Shown piece after piece: positions 30,037-37,713 of a DNA stretch of 64,000 nucleotides (its first letter is position 1; each line of letters opens with the position of its first letter). A program made the position numbers and the translations under genes. The DNA lies in assembly GCA_040830495.1 (NCBI GenBank), contig JBFOMA010000001.1, positions 303,602 through 367,601 on the forward strand, read 5' to 3'. Source of the stretch: Puniceicoccaceae bacterium. Its GTDB lineage: Bacteria > Verrucomicrobiota > Verrucomicrobiia > Opitutales > Oceanipulchritudinaceae. Under the pieces are notes generated by a model. It was not told the DNA's origin and did not search any database. It saw nothing but the letters and a program-made list of their open reading frames with translations.

Positions 30037-30111
30037 GCCTTCTTAGTTTAACCGGCAGAACTTCCGGCTTTTACCCGGCAAGACCTGGTTCGAGTCCAGG
30101 AGGGGGCACCA
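30037..30111 (+). tRNA. tRNA-Lys (anticodon TTT)
   Basis: Acceptor GCCTTCT/AGGGGGC (two G.U pairs), loop CTTTTAC, T-arm CCTGG-TTCGAGT-CCAGG. CCA is encoded. Confidence 0.65.
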
Positions 30112-30117
30112 ATTCGA

Positions 30118-30193
30118 AGCAGAGTAGCTCAGCAGGAAGAGCGTGGGGTTGATAACCCCGAGGTCGTGGGTTCAAGCCCCACCTCTGCGACCA
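30118..30193 (+). tRNA. tRNA-Ile (anticodon GAT)
   Basis: Aligns position by position with E. coli tRNA-Ile (TAGCTCAG...GAGC, loop TTGATAA, AGGTC variable, TTCAAGC T-loop). CCA is encoded. The first acceptor pair is A.G. Confidence 0.75.
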
Positions 30194-30200
30194 TTTTCCA

Positions 30201-30297
30201 CGTGGAGTGCGCGAGTTTGGTTGAAGCGAACCGGCTCGGAACCGGTTGGATTGCCCCGTTGGCTGTCCCGTGGGTTCAAATCCCACCTCCGCGACCA
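30201..30297 (+). tRNA. Type-II (long variable arm, Ser-like D-arm) tRNA with apparent anticodon CGG
   Basis: Acceptor CGTGGAG/CTCCGCG, D-arm GAGTTTGGTTGAAG (Ser-like), anticodon stem ACCGG/CCGGT with loop CTCGGAA, about 22-nt variable arm, T-arm GTGGG-TTCAAAT-CCCAC, discriminator A. CCA is encoded. CGG decodes the Pro codon CCG, whereas the architecture is Ser/Leu-like. Confidence 0.45.
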
Positions 30298-30302
30298 CTT
30301 TG

Positions 30303-30374
30303 TGCGGAATAGTGTAACCGGTAGCACTGCGGAATTTGAGTCCGCCAGCGAAGGTTCGAACCCTTCTTCCGCAA
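30303..30374 (+). tRNA. tRNA-Gln (anticodon TTG), no encoded CCA
   Basis: Acceptor TGCGGAA/TTCCGCA (U1-A72 as in Gln), anticodon stem GCGGA/TCCGC with loop ATTTGAG, T-arm GAAGG-TTCGAAC-CCTTC. Confidence 0.55.
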
Positions 30375-30388
30375 ATTTCCCACTTTTC

Positions 30389-30463
30389 GGGAGCGTATTG
30401 TAACGCATAACATCTGCCTGTGCGAAGGGCAGGATGGAGGTTGGATTCCTCCCGTTCCCACCA
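30389..30463 (+). tRNA. tRNA, possibly Arg (anticodon GCG in the best 7-nt-loop parse; an alternative parse gives a 9-nt loop)
   Basis: Acceptor GGGAGCG/CGTTCCC. Either anticodon stem TGCCT/GGGCA with loop GTGCGAA, or stem CTGCC/GGCAG with a 9-nt loop. T-arm GGAGG-TTGGATT-CCTCC. CCA is encoded. Confidence 0.4.
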
Positions 30464-30568
30464 ATTTCCTCAAAAACCGTGTCGGCGGCACGACAGGCCG
30501 GTCCATACGTTGCCCGGTCGTGTCCCGCACAGACGTTATTAAGCGGTCGAAAGGAAAGCCAAATCCTA

Positions 30569-30644
30569 TGCGACCATAGCTCAGTCGGTAGAGCATCCCG
30601 ATCATAACGGGACGGTCGATGGTTCGAGTCCATCTGGTCGCACC
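30569..30644 (+). tRNA. tRNA-Met (anticodon CAT; elongator or Ile2-type)
   Basis: Acceptor GCGACCA/TGGTCGC, D-arm GCTCAGTCGGTAGAGC, anticodon stem TCCCG/CGGGA with loop ATCATAA, T-loop TTCGAGT. CCA is encoded. G1-C72 rules out the initiator. Confidence 0.75.
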
Positions 30645-30645
30645 A

Positions 30646-30720
30646 CGGACTGTTAGCTCAGTATGGTAGAGCATTGGACGTATAATCCAACGGTCTCGGG
30701 TTCAACTCCCGAACAGTAAA
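30646..30720 (+). tRNA. tRNA-like, anticodon TAT (Ile AUA-decoding type?) with G33 and a mispaired acceptor; possibly a pseudogene
   Basis: D-arm GCTCAGTATGGTAGAGC, perfect anticodon stem TTGGA/TCCAA with loop CGTATAA, T-arm TCGGG-TTCAACT-CCCGA. Acceptor GGACTGT versus ACAGTAA leaves the first two pairs mismatched. No CCA. It begins 1 nt after the preceding tRNA. Confidence 0.35.
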
Positions 30721-30726
30721 CAAATG

Positions 30727-30782
30727 CGATAGGAACGCAACGGACTGTAAATCCGCCTGCGGGTTCGAATCCCGCTACAAGA
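30727..30782 (+). pseudogene. Truncated tRNA remnant (D-arm, anticodon arm with GTA, T-arm; no acceptor stem; 2-nt variable region)
   Basis: TGCG-ATAGGAA-CGCA, ACGGA-CTGTAAA-TCCGC, then GCGGG-TTCGAAT-CCCGC. No complementary 5' acceptor strand is present. Confidence 0.3.
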
Positions 30783-30864
30783 TGAACATGGCACGTTCAC
30801 TAAAAAAATGCCAAAGACCAGCCCAAGGAGAGCCGGATAGAATAGTCCGGGCATGATAAGGGGC

Positions 30865-30945
30865 GAGCTTGTCGAATCCCGCATTCGCGGGATGAGCTTG
30901 CCGAACCCCGCGAATGCGGGGTGAGCCTGTCGAACCCCGATCAGC
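30865..30945. repeat. Three tandem, roughly 28-30-bp, imperfect repeats carrying a tRNA T-arm/3'-stem-like motif (cgaa[t/c]cccgc) and a palindrome
   Basis: The three units are gagcttgtcgaatcccgcattcgcgg, gatgagcttgccgaaccccgcgaatgcgggg and tgagcctgtcgaaccccgatcagc. The central palindrome is ccccgcgaatgcgggg. The motif matches ggttcgaatcccgc of the upstream tRNA remnant. Confidence 0.6.
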
Positions 30946-31241
30946 ACCGCTGGCACCTGCGGCCGTGTGGATACCGGTCGCGGCCGACAGGGGAATGCCG
31001 AGACACAGTCCCAGTGGACCTGTGAGTCGTGAGTTATCATGGCCAACAGGGATGCAAAGGCTGCTGATCAACGCTGCCTTCTGTCGCCCGCGTCCTCAAG
31101 CAAGGTCCCGTGCTCAGCCGTGTGCCCTTCGATTCGCTCCGCTCTCTGAGGGCTCCACTTTCAACAATTTGGCGAACGACTCGCCAAACCGCGGGGGCAC
31201 CCTGCCCTCGCGATCAACATAAACATCAAATCAAACGAAAA

Positions 31242-32759
31242 ATGTTCGTAATCAAAACTAATTACATCCCGCACGGACATGTTGGCCTGAAGTTCCGTGA
31301 CGGTCGTTTCGTTGCACTCCTGGCTCCGGGCACCCACGTTCAGGCAGGCATTAGCCGCAAGGTGAAAGTCTACAAGGCATGGCAGGGCCAGCCGTGGATG
31401 GAACTCCCGGTTGACGCACTGAAGCAACTCCGAGATTCTGAATTGCTGAAGAACCTGGCAACCTTCGTCGACCTGGCCGACAACCAGCGCGCACTGGTCT
31501 GGCTCGACGGCCGTTTCCACGGCATCCTCATTCCGGGCCTGTATGGCTTCTGGACCACGATTGTAGATGTTCGTATCGAAATTTTCGATACCCGTGATAT
31601 CCACTTCGAGCACGCAGAGGCCGACGTTATCCTGCAGCACGACGACGCAAAGCGCTACCTGAACGTCTGGGACATCTCCCAGAATACGGGCGGTATCGTT
31701 TACGTCGACGGCCAAGCCCAGGATATCCTGGGTCCGGGTCGTCACGGCTACTGGAAGAACGGTTCCATCGTTCGACTGGCTCAGTTCGACCTGCCGTGGC
31801 TGGCGATTGAAGACAGCGATCTCATTCAGCTCCGTGAAAGCGGAGAGATCAATGACATCGTTGAATTCGTCGACGTCATGGATAACCAGCGTGCACTGGT
31901 CTGGTTCAACGGCCGCTTCAGCGGCATCCTGGGCGCAGGCCTGTACGCTTACTGGAAGGAAGGCTTCGATGCCCGCATCGAGCTGGTTGAGATTGGCAAG
32001 CCGCAGTTCATCTACGATGAGCTGGATATCATTCTCAAGCACGTTGATGCTGGCCGCTTCCTGAATGTCCTGGAAATCGCAGATGGCAAAGTCGGCGTCC
32101 TGTATCAGGACGGTGACTTCGACCAGCTGCTGCAACCGGGCCGCTATGCCTTCTGGAAGGATGTTGGTCAGGTGAACGTCTACACCTATGACCTGCGCGA
32201 GCAGGTTCTGGACGTTACCGGACAGGAAATCATGACTGCTGACAAAGTCACGCTGCGCATGAACGCTGTCCTCACCTACCGCATCACTGATGTCCGCAAG
32301 GTCGCCGAAACCGCAAGCGACGTTGAGCAGGTTCTCTACCGAGAGCTGCAGCTCATCATCCGTGCAGAGGTTGGCGGACGTACGCTGGACCAACTGCTGG
32401 CCGACAAGGTTGGCGTTGCCAACGGCGCACTGACTGCGGTCAAGCAGAAGGCCGACAGCTACGGTATCGAGATCATGGGTCTGGGTATCCGCGATGTCAT
32501 CCTGCCGGGTGACATGAAGGAACTCCTGAACCAGGTCATCGAGGCCGAAAAGGCCGCACAAGCCAACAACATCAAGCGTCGCGAGGAAACTGCGGCAATG
32601 CGCAGTCAGCTGAACTCTGCAAAGCTGATTGAGCAGAACCCGATCCTCATGCGTCTGCGCGAACTCGAGTCTGTCGAGAAGTTCGCCGATAAGGCCAGCC
32701 TGCAAATCTTCGTTGGTGATGGGCAGGGCATGGCAGACCGCATTGTTAAACTCATCTAA
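31242..32759 (+). CDS. SPFH/band-7 (stomatin/HflK-like) domain protein with a triplicated N-terminal domain
   Basis: The C-terminal 200 aa have an SPFH fold and a coiled coil (VLTYRITDVRKVAE...IRDVILPGDMKELLNQVIEAEKAAQ). The N-terminus holds three internal repeats of about 110 aa (DNQRALVW[L/F][D/N]GRF.GIL..GLY..W). Start taken at the ATG at 31242 (MFVIKTNYIP); the longer ORF from 31110 runs into repeat DNA. Confidence 0.7.
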   Translation: MFVIKTNYIPHGHVGLKFRDGRFVALLAPGTHVQAGISRKVKVYKAWQGQPWMELPVDALKQLRDSELLKNLATFVDLADNQRALVWLDGRFHGILIPGLYGFWTTIVDVRIEIFDTRDIHFEHAEADVILQHDDAKRYLNVWDISQNTGGIVYVDGQAQDILGPGRHGYWKNGSIVRLAQFDLPWLAIEDSDLIQLRESGEINDIVEFVDVMDNQRALVWFNGRFSGILGAGLYAYWKEGFDARIELVEIGKPQFIYDELDIILKHVDAGRFLNVLEIADGKVGVLYQDGDFDQLLQPGRYAFWKDVGQVNVYTYDLREQVLDVTGQEIMTADKVTLRMNAVLTYRITDVRKVAETASDVEQVLYRELQLIIRAEVGGRTLDQLLADKVGVANGALTAVKQKADSYGIEIMGLGIRDVILPGDMKELLNQVIEAEKAAQANNIKRREETAAMRSQLNSAKLIEQNPILMRLRELESVEKFADKASLQIFVGDGQGMADRIVKLI

Positions 32760-32834
32760 CCTGATCCCGGAGACCCAACGACTCCGGGGTCTTTTTTATT
32801 TCTGCAGCCAGAGCTGAATGGGCGCGTTGCCGCA

Positions 32835-33797
32835 CTATTTAGGCATGTAGATCCAGTTGTCTACCGCTTCAAGCGCCGGCAGGTAGGCGTAACTTTGGGT
32901 TGAATCAAAATATAGCCAGGGATAATTGGCAATATTCACCCATCCGAGGTAATCGCCTGTGTCCACCCAGTCACCGTTGACTGGATAACCGGACAAAAAG
33001 CCCAGATCCGAATAAACCCGTACATAGTCTACCTCCATCTGGACGGGAAATACCATGTCTGGAGAAACCGGACCACCCCAGTTTCCACCTATGGCGACAT
33101 TCAAAATGATGAAGAAGGGATGATCAAAAACCCACTCGTAAGGACCACTTCTGGGTGAACCTCCAACGTCATCTGGTCCGGCACTATGATAAAGGATATC
33201 ATCTACATACCACCGGATCAGGTTCTCTTCCCAGACGATTTTAAAGACGTGGAAATCGTCTGTGGCCGGACTACCAAAATCGTAGGATCCACTGATTCCT
33301 CCACCGGCGGAGTAGAATGGTCCATGAATCGTCCCGTGGATATTGTTCGGGTCCTTGCCCACAAACTCCATGATGTCGATTTCACCACAATCCGGCCATC
33401 CAACGGTGCTGAAGTCAGCCCCGAGCATCCAGAATGCCGGCCAAACACCGACTCCCTCCGGTAGCTTGATCCGCGCTTCCACCTTTCCGTAGGTAAAATG
33501 CTTTTTGTTCTCAGTCAGTATGCGGGCAGATGTGTACAACCGACCCTCATAGTCCTCCTTGCGGGCCTCGATGATGAGCCTGCCATCTTCCACCCGCACA
33601 TTTTCCAGTCGGGCATCCGTGTAGTACTGAAACTCCCCATTACCCCAACCATCGCCTCCGACATCATAGCTCCAGTATTCTGGATTGGGTAAACCGGTGT
33701 AATTAAACTCATCAGCCCAAATTAAGGTGTAATCTGCAGATGCGAGCAACGGCAGGTGAAGCAAAATACTTGATAGCAAAAGATTCAGCTTATTCAT
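32835..33797 (-). CDS. Glycoside hydrolase family 16 (laminarinase / beta-1,3(4)-glucanase-like), secreted
   Basis: Signal peptide, a GH16 beta-jellyroll, and the catalytic motif EIDIME. Confidence 0.85.
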   Translation of the reverse strand: MNKLNLLLSSILLHLPLLASADYTLIWADEFNYTGLPNPEYWSYDVGGDGWGNGEFQYYTDARLENVRVEDGRLIIEARKEDYEGRLYTSARILTENKKHFTYGKVEARIKLPEGVGVWPAFWMLGADFSTVGWPDCGEIDIMEFVGKDPNNIHGTIHGPFYSAGGGISGSYDFGSPATDDFHVFKIVWEENLIRWYVDDILYHSAGPDDVGGSPRSGPYEWVFDHPFFIILNVAIGGNWGGPVSPDMVFPVQMEVDYVRVYSDLGFLSGYPVNGDWVDTGDYLGWVNIANYPWLYFDSTQSYAYLPALEAVDNWIYMPK

Positions 33798-33970
33798 GGG
33801 TAATCGGATCAGAGGTGGGATCAGAGAATTAAAATCGCACTAAATTGCATAAAGTTACTGCATAATTCTGAATGTCAATTCGAATGGATCGAAGTATCAG
33901 AAAATCAGCGAGAGCTGTTTTCGCTTGCAAAGCATAGACGAATAAGCAGACCAAGTAAATTCCCCTTTAC

Positions 33971-34046
33971 GCCACCCTAGCTCAGTTGGTAGAGCAGCTC
34001 ACTCGTAATGAGCAGGTCGTCAGTTCAAGTCTGATGGGTGGCTCCA
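33971..34046 (+). tRNA. tRNA-Thr (anticodon CGT)
   Basis: Acceptor GCCACCC/GGGTGGC, D-arm GCTCAGTTGGTAGAGC, loop CTCGTAA, T-loop TTCAAGT. CCA is encoded. Confidence 0.8.
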
Positions 34047-34143
34047 TGCTTCGCTCTCCGAGCTTCGCATGGCGCAGCCATGCGGAAGCGAGGCTAGAGC
34101 GAGCATGCCCTGCGTAGTCCCGCATGGGCTCAGGCCGTAATTA

Positions 34144-34231
34144 CTTTAACTTTAACCTGAACTTTAACTTTAACTAATTAAATCACAAAATTCAGCGCTT
34201 TAACTAGTTAAAGTTCAGGTTAAAGTTAAAG
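34144..34231. repeat. Perfect 25-bp inverted repeat with a 38-nt AT-rich TTAAC-rich spacer, between convergent tRNA-Thr and ftsH
   Basis: Arms are ctttaactttaacctgaactttaac and gttaaagttcaggttaaagttaaag (exact reverse complements). The spacer is tttaactaattaaatcacaaaattcagcgctttaacta. The region is locally AT-rich in a GC-rich genome. Confidence 0.8.
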
Positions 34232-34241
34232 AGGATCCACA

Positions 34242-36257
34242 TCACGCTGGTGCTGGCGCGGCGTCCGCGGCCAACTCACCCTTGTCCTTGTCATCATCTT
34301 CGGCGGCCTTCGGCTTTGGCTCATCCTCAGGTTCTTCATCATCCGCACTGTTGGCGGAGGAATTGATGTCCTCAACCGGGGTCTTGATCTCGCCGTGCTC
34401 GATGATCTCATGCACATGAATCGCCTCGATGGTCTCGTACTCGAGCAGGGCCTCCGCAATCAGGCGCAGGGCCTCGCGGTTCTCCTCTACGATTGTCTTG
34501 GCACGAGCAAATTGCTTAGTGATGATCTCCTGGATGGCCTGGTCGATCTTTTCGGCAGTCGCCTCACTGAAATTCTGGGTGCGGTTGATTTCGCGACCAA
34601 GGAAGATGTTTTCCTGGTTCTCACCGTATGCGATCGGGCCGAGGTCACTCATGCCCCAGTCGCAGACCATATGACGAGCCAATTTAGTGGCCTGTTTGAT
34701 ATCACCGGAAGCACCATTGCTGAAATCGTTAGTCTCAATTTCTTCCCCGATCCGACCGGCCATGGCACAGCAGATCTGGTTAAGCAGGTTTGTCCGGGAA
34801 TGGCCGAGAATGTCCTTTTTAGGCAACATCATGGTCATGCCGAGCGCACGCCCGCGCGGAATGATGGTCACCTTATGCAGCGGCAAATGCCCGTCATCGA
34901 TGATTGCCTGGACGAGGGCGTGGCCCGCTTCGTGGAATGCGGTCATGCGCTTGTCTTCATCGTCCATCAGCTTGCGGCGCTCACGGCCAAAGGCGATCTT
35001 GTCGCGAGCTTCCTCGATATCGTGCCGGTCCACTTCCTTCTTGTTGTAGCGGGCGGCTATCAAGGCGCTCTCATTGAGCAAGTTTGCGAGGTCGGCTCCG
35101 GAGAATCCGGGCGTATTTCGCGCGACCGTCAGCAGGTCGACATCCTCACCCAGCTTGATCTTCTTGGCGTGTACCTTGAGGATTTCCTCACGGCCATGCA
35201 GATCAGGCAAATCGATCACGACCTGACGGTCAAAGCGACCGGGGCGTAGGAGTGCGCTGTCGAGTACGTCGGGACGGTTTGTAGCCGCCATGATAATGAC
35301 GCCCTCGTGGCCATCGAATCCATCCATTTCAACAAGGAGTGAATTCAATGTCTGTTCGCGCTCGTCATTGCCTCCGCCAAGACCAGCACCACGCTGGCGA
35401 CCAACGGCATCAATTTCATCAACAAATATAATACAGGGAGCGTTCTTCCGTCCTTGCTCGAACATGTCACGCACACGGGCAGCACCTACACCGACAAACA
35501 TTTCCACGAAGTCGGAACCGCTGATGCTGTAAAAAGGAACATCCGCCTCACCGGCTACGGCTCGGGCGAGCAGGGTCTTACCAGTACCGGGAGGACCGAC
35601 CAGAAGAGCTCCCTTGGGAATACGTCCACCAATTTTCTGGAAACGCTTGGGATCCTTGAGGAAGGCAATGACCTCGGAAACTTCTTCCTTTGCCTCGTCG
35701 CAGCCAGCAACATCCTTGAAGGTCACCTTTTCGCGATCACGGGTGAGCATCTTGGCCTTGCTCTTGCCGAAATTCATCGCGCCGCGACCGGCACTGCGGA
35801 TCTGGCGGACAAACAGGAAGTACAGGATGAGAACGATGAAAATGATCGGCAGCAGTGTCAGGACCAATTCAGCGAAGAAAGTGCTGGCCGGTTCCTCCTT
35901 GAAGCGGGCGGAATTCTGGAGAATTTCCAGATTCGAGTCGGTGAGCTGCCCTTCGGCAACAAAGTTCACGTCCTCGCCGCTGTCTTCCCGGATCTTACCC
36001 CGGATCTCATGCCATTTCTGGCCGCCTTGGGGAGCTGGCTTGATGACAGCACCCTTGGCAATACGGCTTTCCTCGCCCTTGCCAGCCTCGACCAGGACCT
36101 CGCGAATCGTCAGGGTCTTGGGTTCTGCCATGTCTCGCTGGGCGATGTAGAGTACTGTGAAAATGGCGAAGAATACGAGCACCCAGATGCTGAGCATCCG
36201 GAACTGGTTCCCGCTGTTGAGGGGCTTGTTACGCTTTATGTTAGGATTTTCCGCCAT
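34242..36257 (-). CDS. ftsH: ATP-dependent zinc metalloprotease FtsH
   Basis: Two TM segments, AAA+ module ([13 protein letters not shown], Walker B DEID, SRH) and the HEAGH zinc site, with an acidic C-terminal tail. Confidence 0.95.
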   Translation of the reverse strand: MAENPNIKRNKPLNSGNQFRMLSIWVLVFFAIFTVLYIAQRDMAEPKTLTIREVLVEAGKGEESRIAKGAVIKPAPQGGQKWHEIRGKIREDSGEDVNFVAEGQLTDSNLEILQNSARFKEEPASTFFAELVLTLLPIIFIVLILYFLFVRQIRSAGRGAMNFGKSKAKMLTRDREKVTFKDVAGCDEAKEEVSEVIAFLKDPKRFQKIGGRIPKGALLVGPPGTGKTLLARAVAGEADVPFYSISGSDFVEMFVGVGAARVRDMFEQGRKNAPCIIFVDEIDAVGRQRGAGLGGGNDEREQTLNSLLVEMDGFDGHEGVIIMAATNRPDVLDSALLRPGRFDRQVVIDLPDLHGREEILKVHAKKIKLGEDVDLLTVARNTPGFSGADLANLLNESALIAARYNKKEVDRHDIEEARDKIAFGRERRKLMDDEDKRMTAFHEAGHALVQAIIDDGHLPLHKVTIIPRGRALGMTMMLPKKDILGHSRTNLLNQICCAMAGRIGEEIETNDFSNGASGDIKQATKLARHMVCDWGMSDLGPIAYGENQENIFLGREINRTQNFSEATAEKIDQAIQEIITKQFARAKTIVEENREALRLIAEALLEYETIEAIHVHEIIEHGEIKTPVEDINSSANSADDEEPEDEPKPKAAEDDDKDKGELAADAAPAPA

Positions 36258-37707
36258 GATCTTCTGGGAAAGCTGTAGAATGCTGGATGTAAGTCAACTG
36301 TAGAGCCGATTTGGATTCCGGGCAAATCTTGAATTGATCTGCAGGCGGGAATCCCGGCACCCACACAATTTCATCTTTCTGGTTTAATATGACAGGCAAT
36401 TCCTGTTTTTGTTCAGCTGAGAGCTTCTGATCAGTGAACAAATCCTGCAATTTCCGTCGTCCCGGCGCCCCAAGCGGACGATATTTATCCCCTGCCTGCC
36501 ATTGCCGTACAGTCAGGGGCTGTGATGGATCCAGATCCAGCCAGGCTTCTGTTGCGGGATCCGCCTTTAGATAAGACGCGGTACTCGGAGAAGATGGATT
36601 TACATCCCGGGTGGAAGCGCGAAGAGTGGCACCAGTGGGCAGTGCGAGGGATTCGGAAAGCTCGGTCCATGAGACAGGTGACCAGGCAACGGGTTCGGAT
36701 CCATTTTTGCGACAGCTGAGAGTCTCTTTCTCAATCACAAGATCCAGATCAGGATTAAGAGCGAGAGCAAGATTCGGCGTATTTGAGGAGATCGCCTGAA
36801 CAAGCTGGTCAGCGATGGACTTCGGGAGGAGGAAAGTTGGATTATGACGGATCCACCATGCGGTGAGGCCCCGTCGGATAATGGCAGCAGGCTGGCCAAG
36901 CAATGGGGTGATGCTTAGGGATTTCGGGTTGCGGGTTTCGAGTTGCAGGGACTGGAGATTGGTGTCGATGGCATCCATGGCCTCTGCCATGAGCTGACGG
37001 GTACGTTGACCCGCAGAGAGAATATCCTGGGGCATATATTCCTTTAGCAAGGGAAGGATATTCATGCGCAACCAGTTCCTTGTGTAGCGGGTATCCATGT
37101 TACTGGAATCCTCACGCCACGGCATGTGGAATGATTTGAGCGCAGACTCGATATCGGATCGCCGCAGAGGCAAAAGCGGGCGCAAGCGGACATGACCATC
37201 GGCAAACTGCTTGACCGGCATCGGAGATGCAAGTCCCGCCGGCCCCGCACCTGTCATGACGCCCATCAGGAGTGATTCCATTAAATCATCTGCATGATGG
37301 CCAAGTGCAAGTGCGCCAGCTCCATGATTGGTGTATTGACCGATCATCCAGCTGTAGCGCGCCTCGCGAAGGGCAGCTTCATCGCTGGACGGAATTTTGC
37401 CCGGCCGGCCGACTTCTACCTTCAAGCCCAATTCACTGGCCAGGTTAGTGACAAAGCTCGCATCCGCCTCAGCATCAGCACCACGAATCCCGTGATTGAA
37501 ATGCAGGATAACCAGTCGCTCCTTTTCGGAGTTAAACAAACTGAGCAGTGTCAGCAGCAGATAGACTGAGTCTGCTCCGCCTGAACAGGCAATCAGTATA
37601 GTCTTTTCCTTGGGCAGCTCCTTGAGAAACTGCAGTACTTCCCGGTCGATTGCTTCAGCCGGCCGCGTTGCGGCAAAACACCGGTAGCACTTTTCCCAGC
37701 GGGTCAT
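36241..37707 (-). CDS. tilS: tRNA(Ile)-lysidine synthetase
   Basis: PP-loop SGGADS ([12 protein letters not shown]) and TilS N- and C-terminal domains. It overlaps the ftsH start (classic tilS-ftsH arrangement). Confidence 0.85.
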   Translation of the reverse strand: MTRWEKCYRCFAATRPAEAIDREVLQFLKELPKEKTILIACSGGADSVYLLLTLLSLFNSEKERLVILHFNHGIRGADAEADASFVTNLASELGLKVEVGRPGKIPSSDEAALREARYSWMIGQYTNHGAGALALGHHADDLMESLLMGVMTGAGPAGLASPMPVKQFADGHVRLRPLLPLRRSDIESALKSFHMPWREDSSNMDTRYTRNWLRMNILPLLKEYMPQDILSAGQRTRQLMAEAMDAIDTNLQSLQLETRNPKSLSITPLLGQPAAIIRRGLTAWWIRHNPTFLLPKSIADQLVQAISSNTPNLALALNPDLDLVIEKETLSCRKNGSEPVAWSPVSWTELSESLALPTGATLRASTRDVNPSSPSTASYLKADPATEAWLDLDPSQPLTVRQWQAGDKYRPLGAPGRRKLQDLFTDQKLSAEQKQELPVILNQKDEIVWVPGFPPADQFKICPESKSALQLTYIQHSTAFPEDHGGKS

Positions 37708-37713
37708 CCGTCA

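Noticed and set aside
29272-30674. Several 75-150-aa minus-strand ORFs across the tRNA array
   Set aside because: They overlap tRNA genes on the opposite strand. Their composition is typical of spurious GC-rich ORFs.
31161-32705. 514-aa ORF on the minus strand
   Set aside because: It is entirely antisense to the SPFH gene, which has clear domain homology. Long antisense ORFs are typical in GC-rich DNA, and it has no recognisable motifs.
34395-36278. Plus-strand ORFs of 284, 120, 274 and 178 aa
   Set aside because: All are antisense to ftsH. No domains are present, so they are artefacts of GC-rich sequence.
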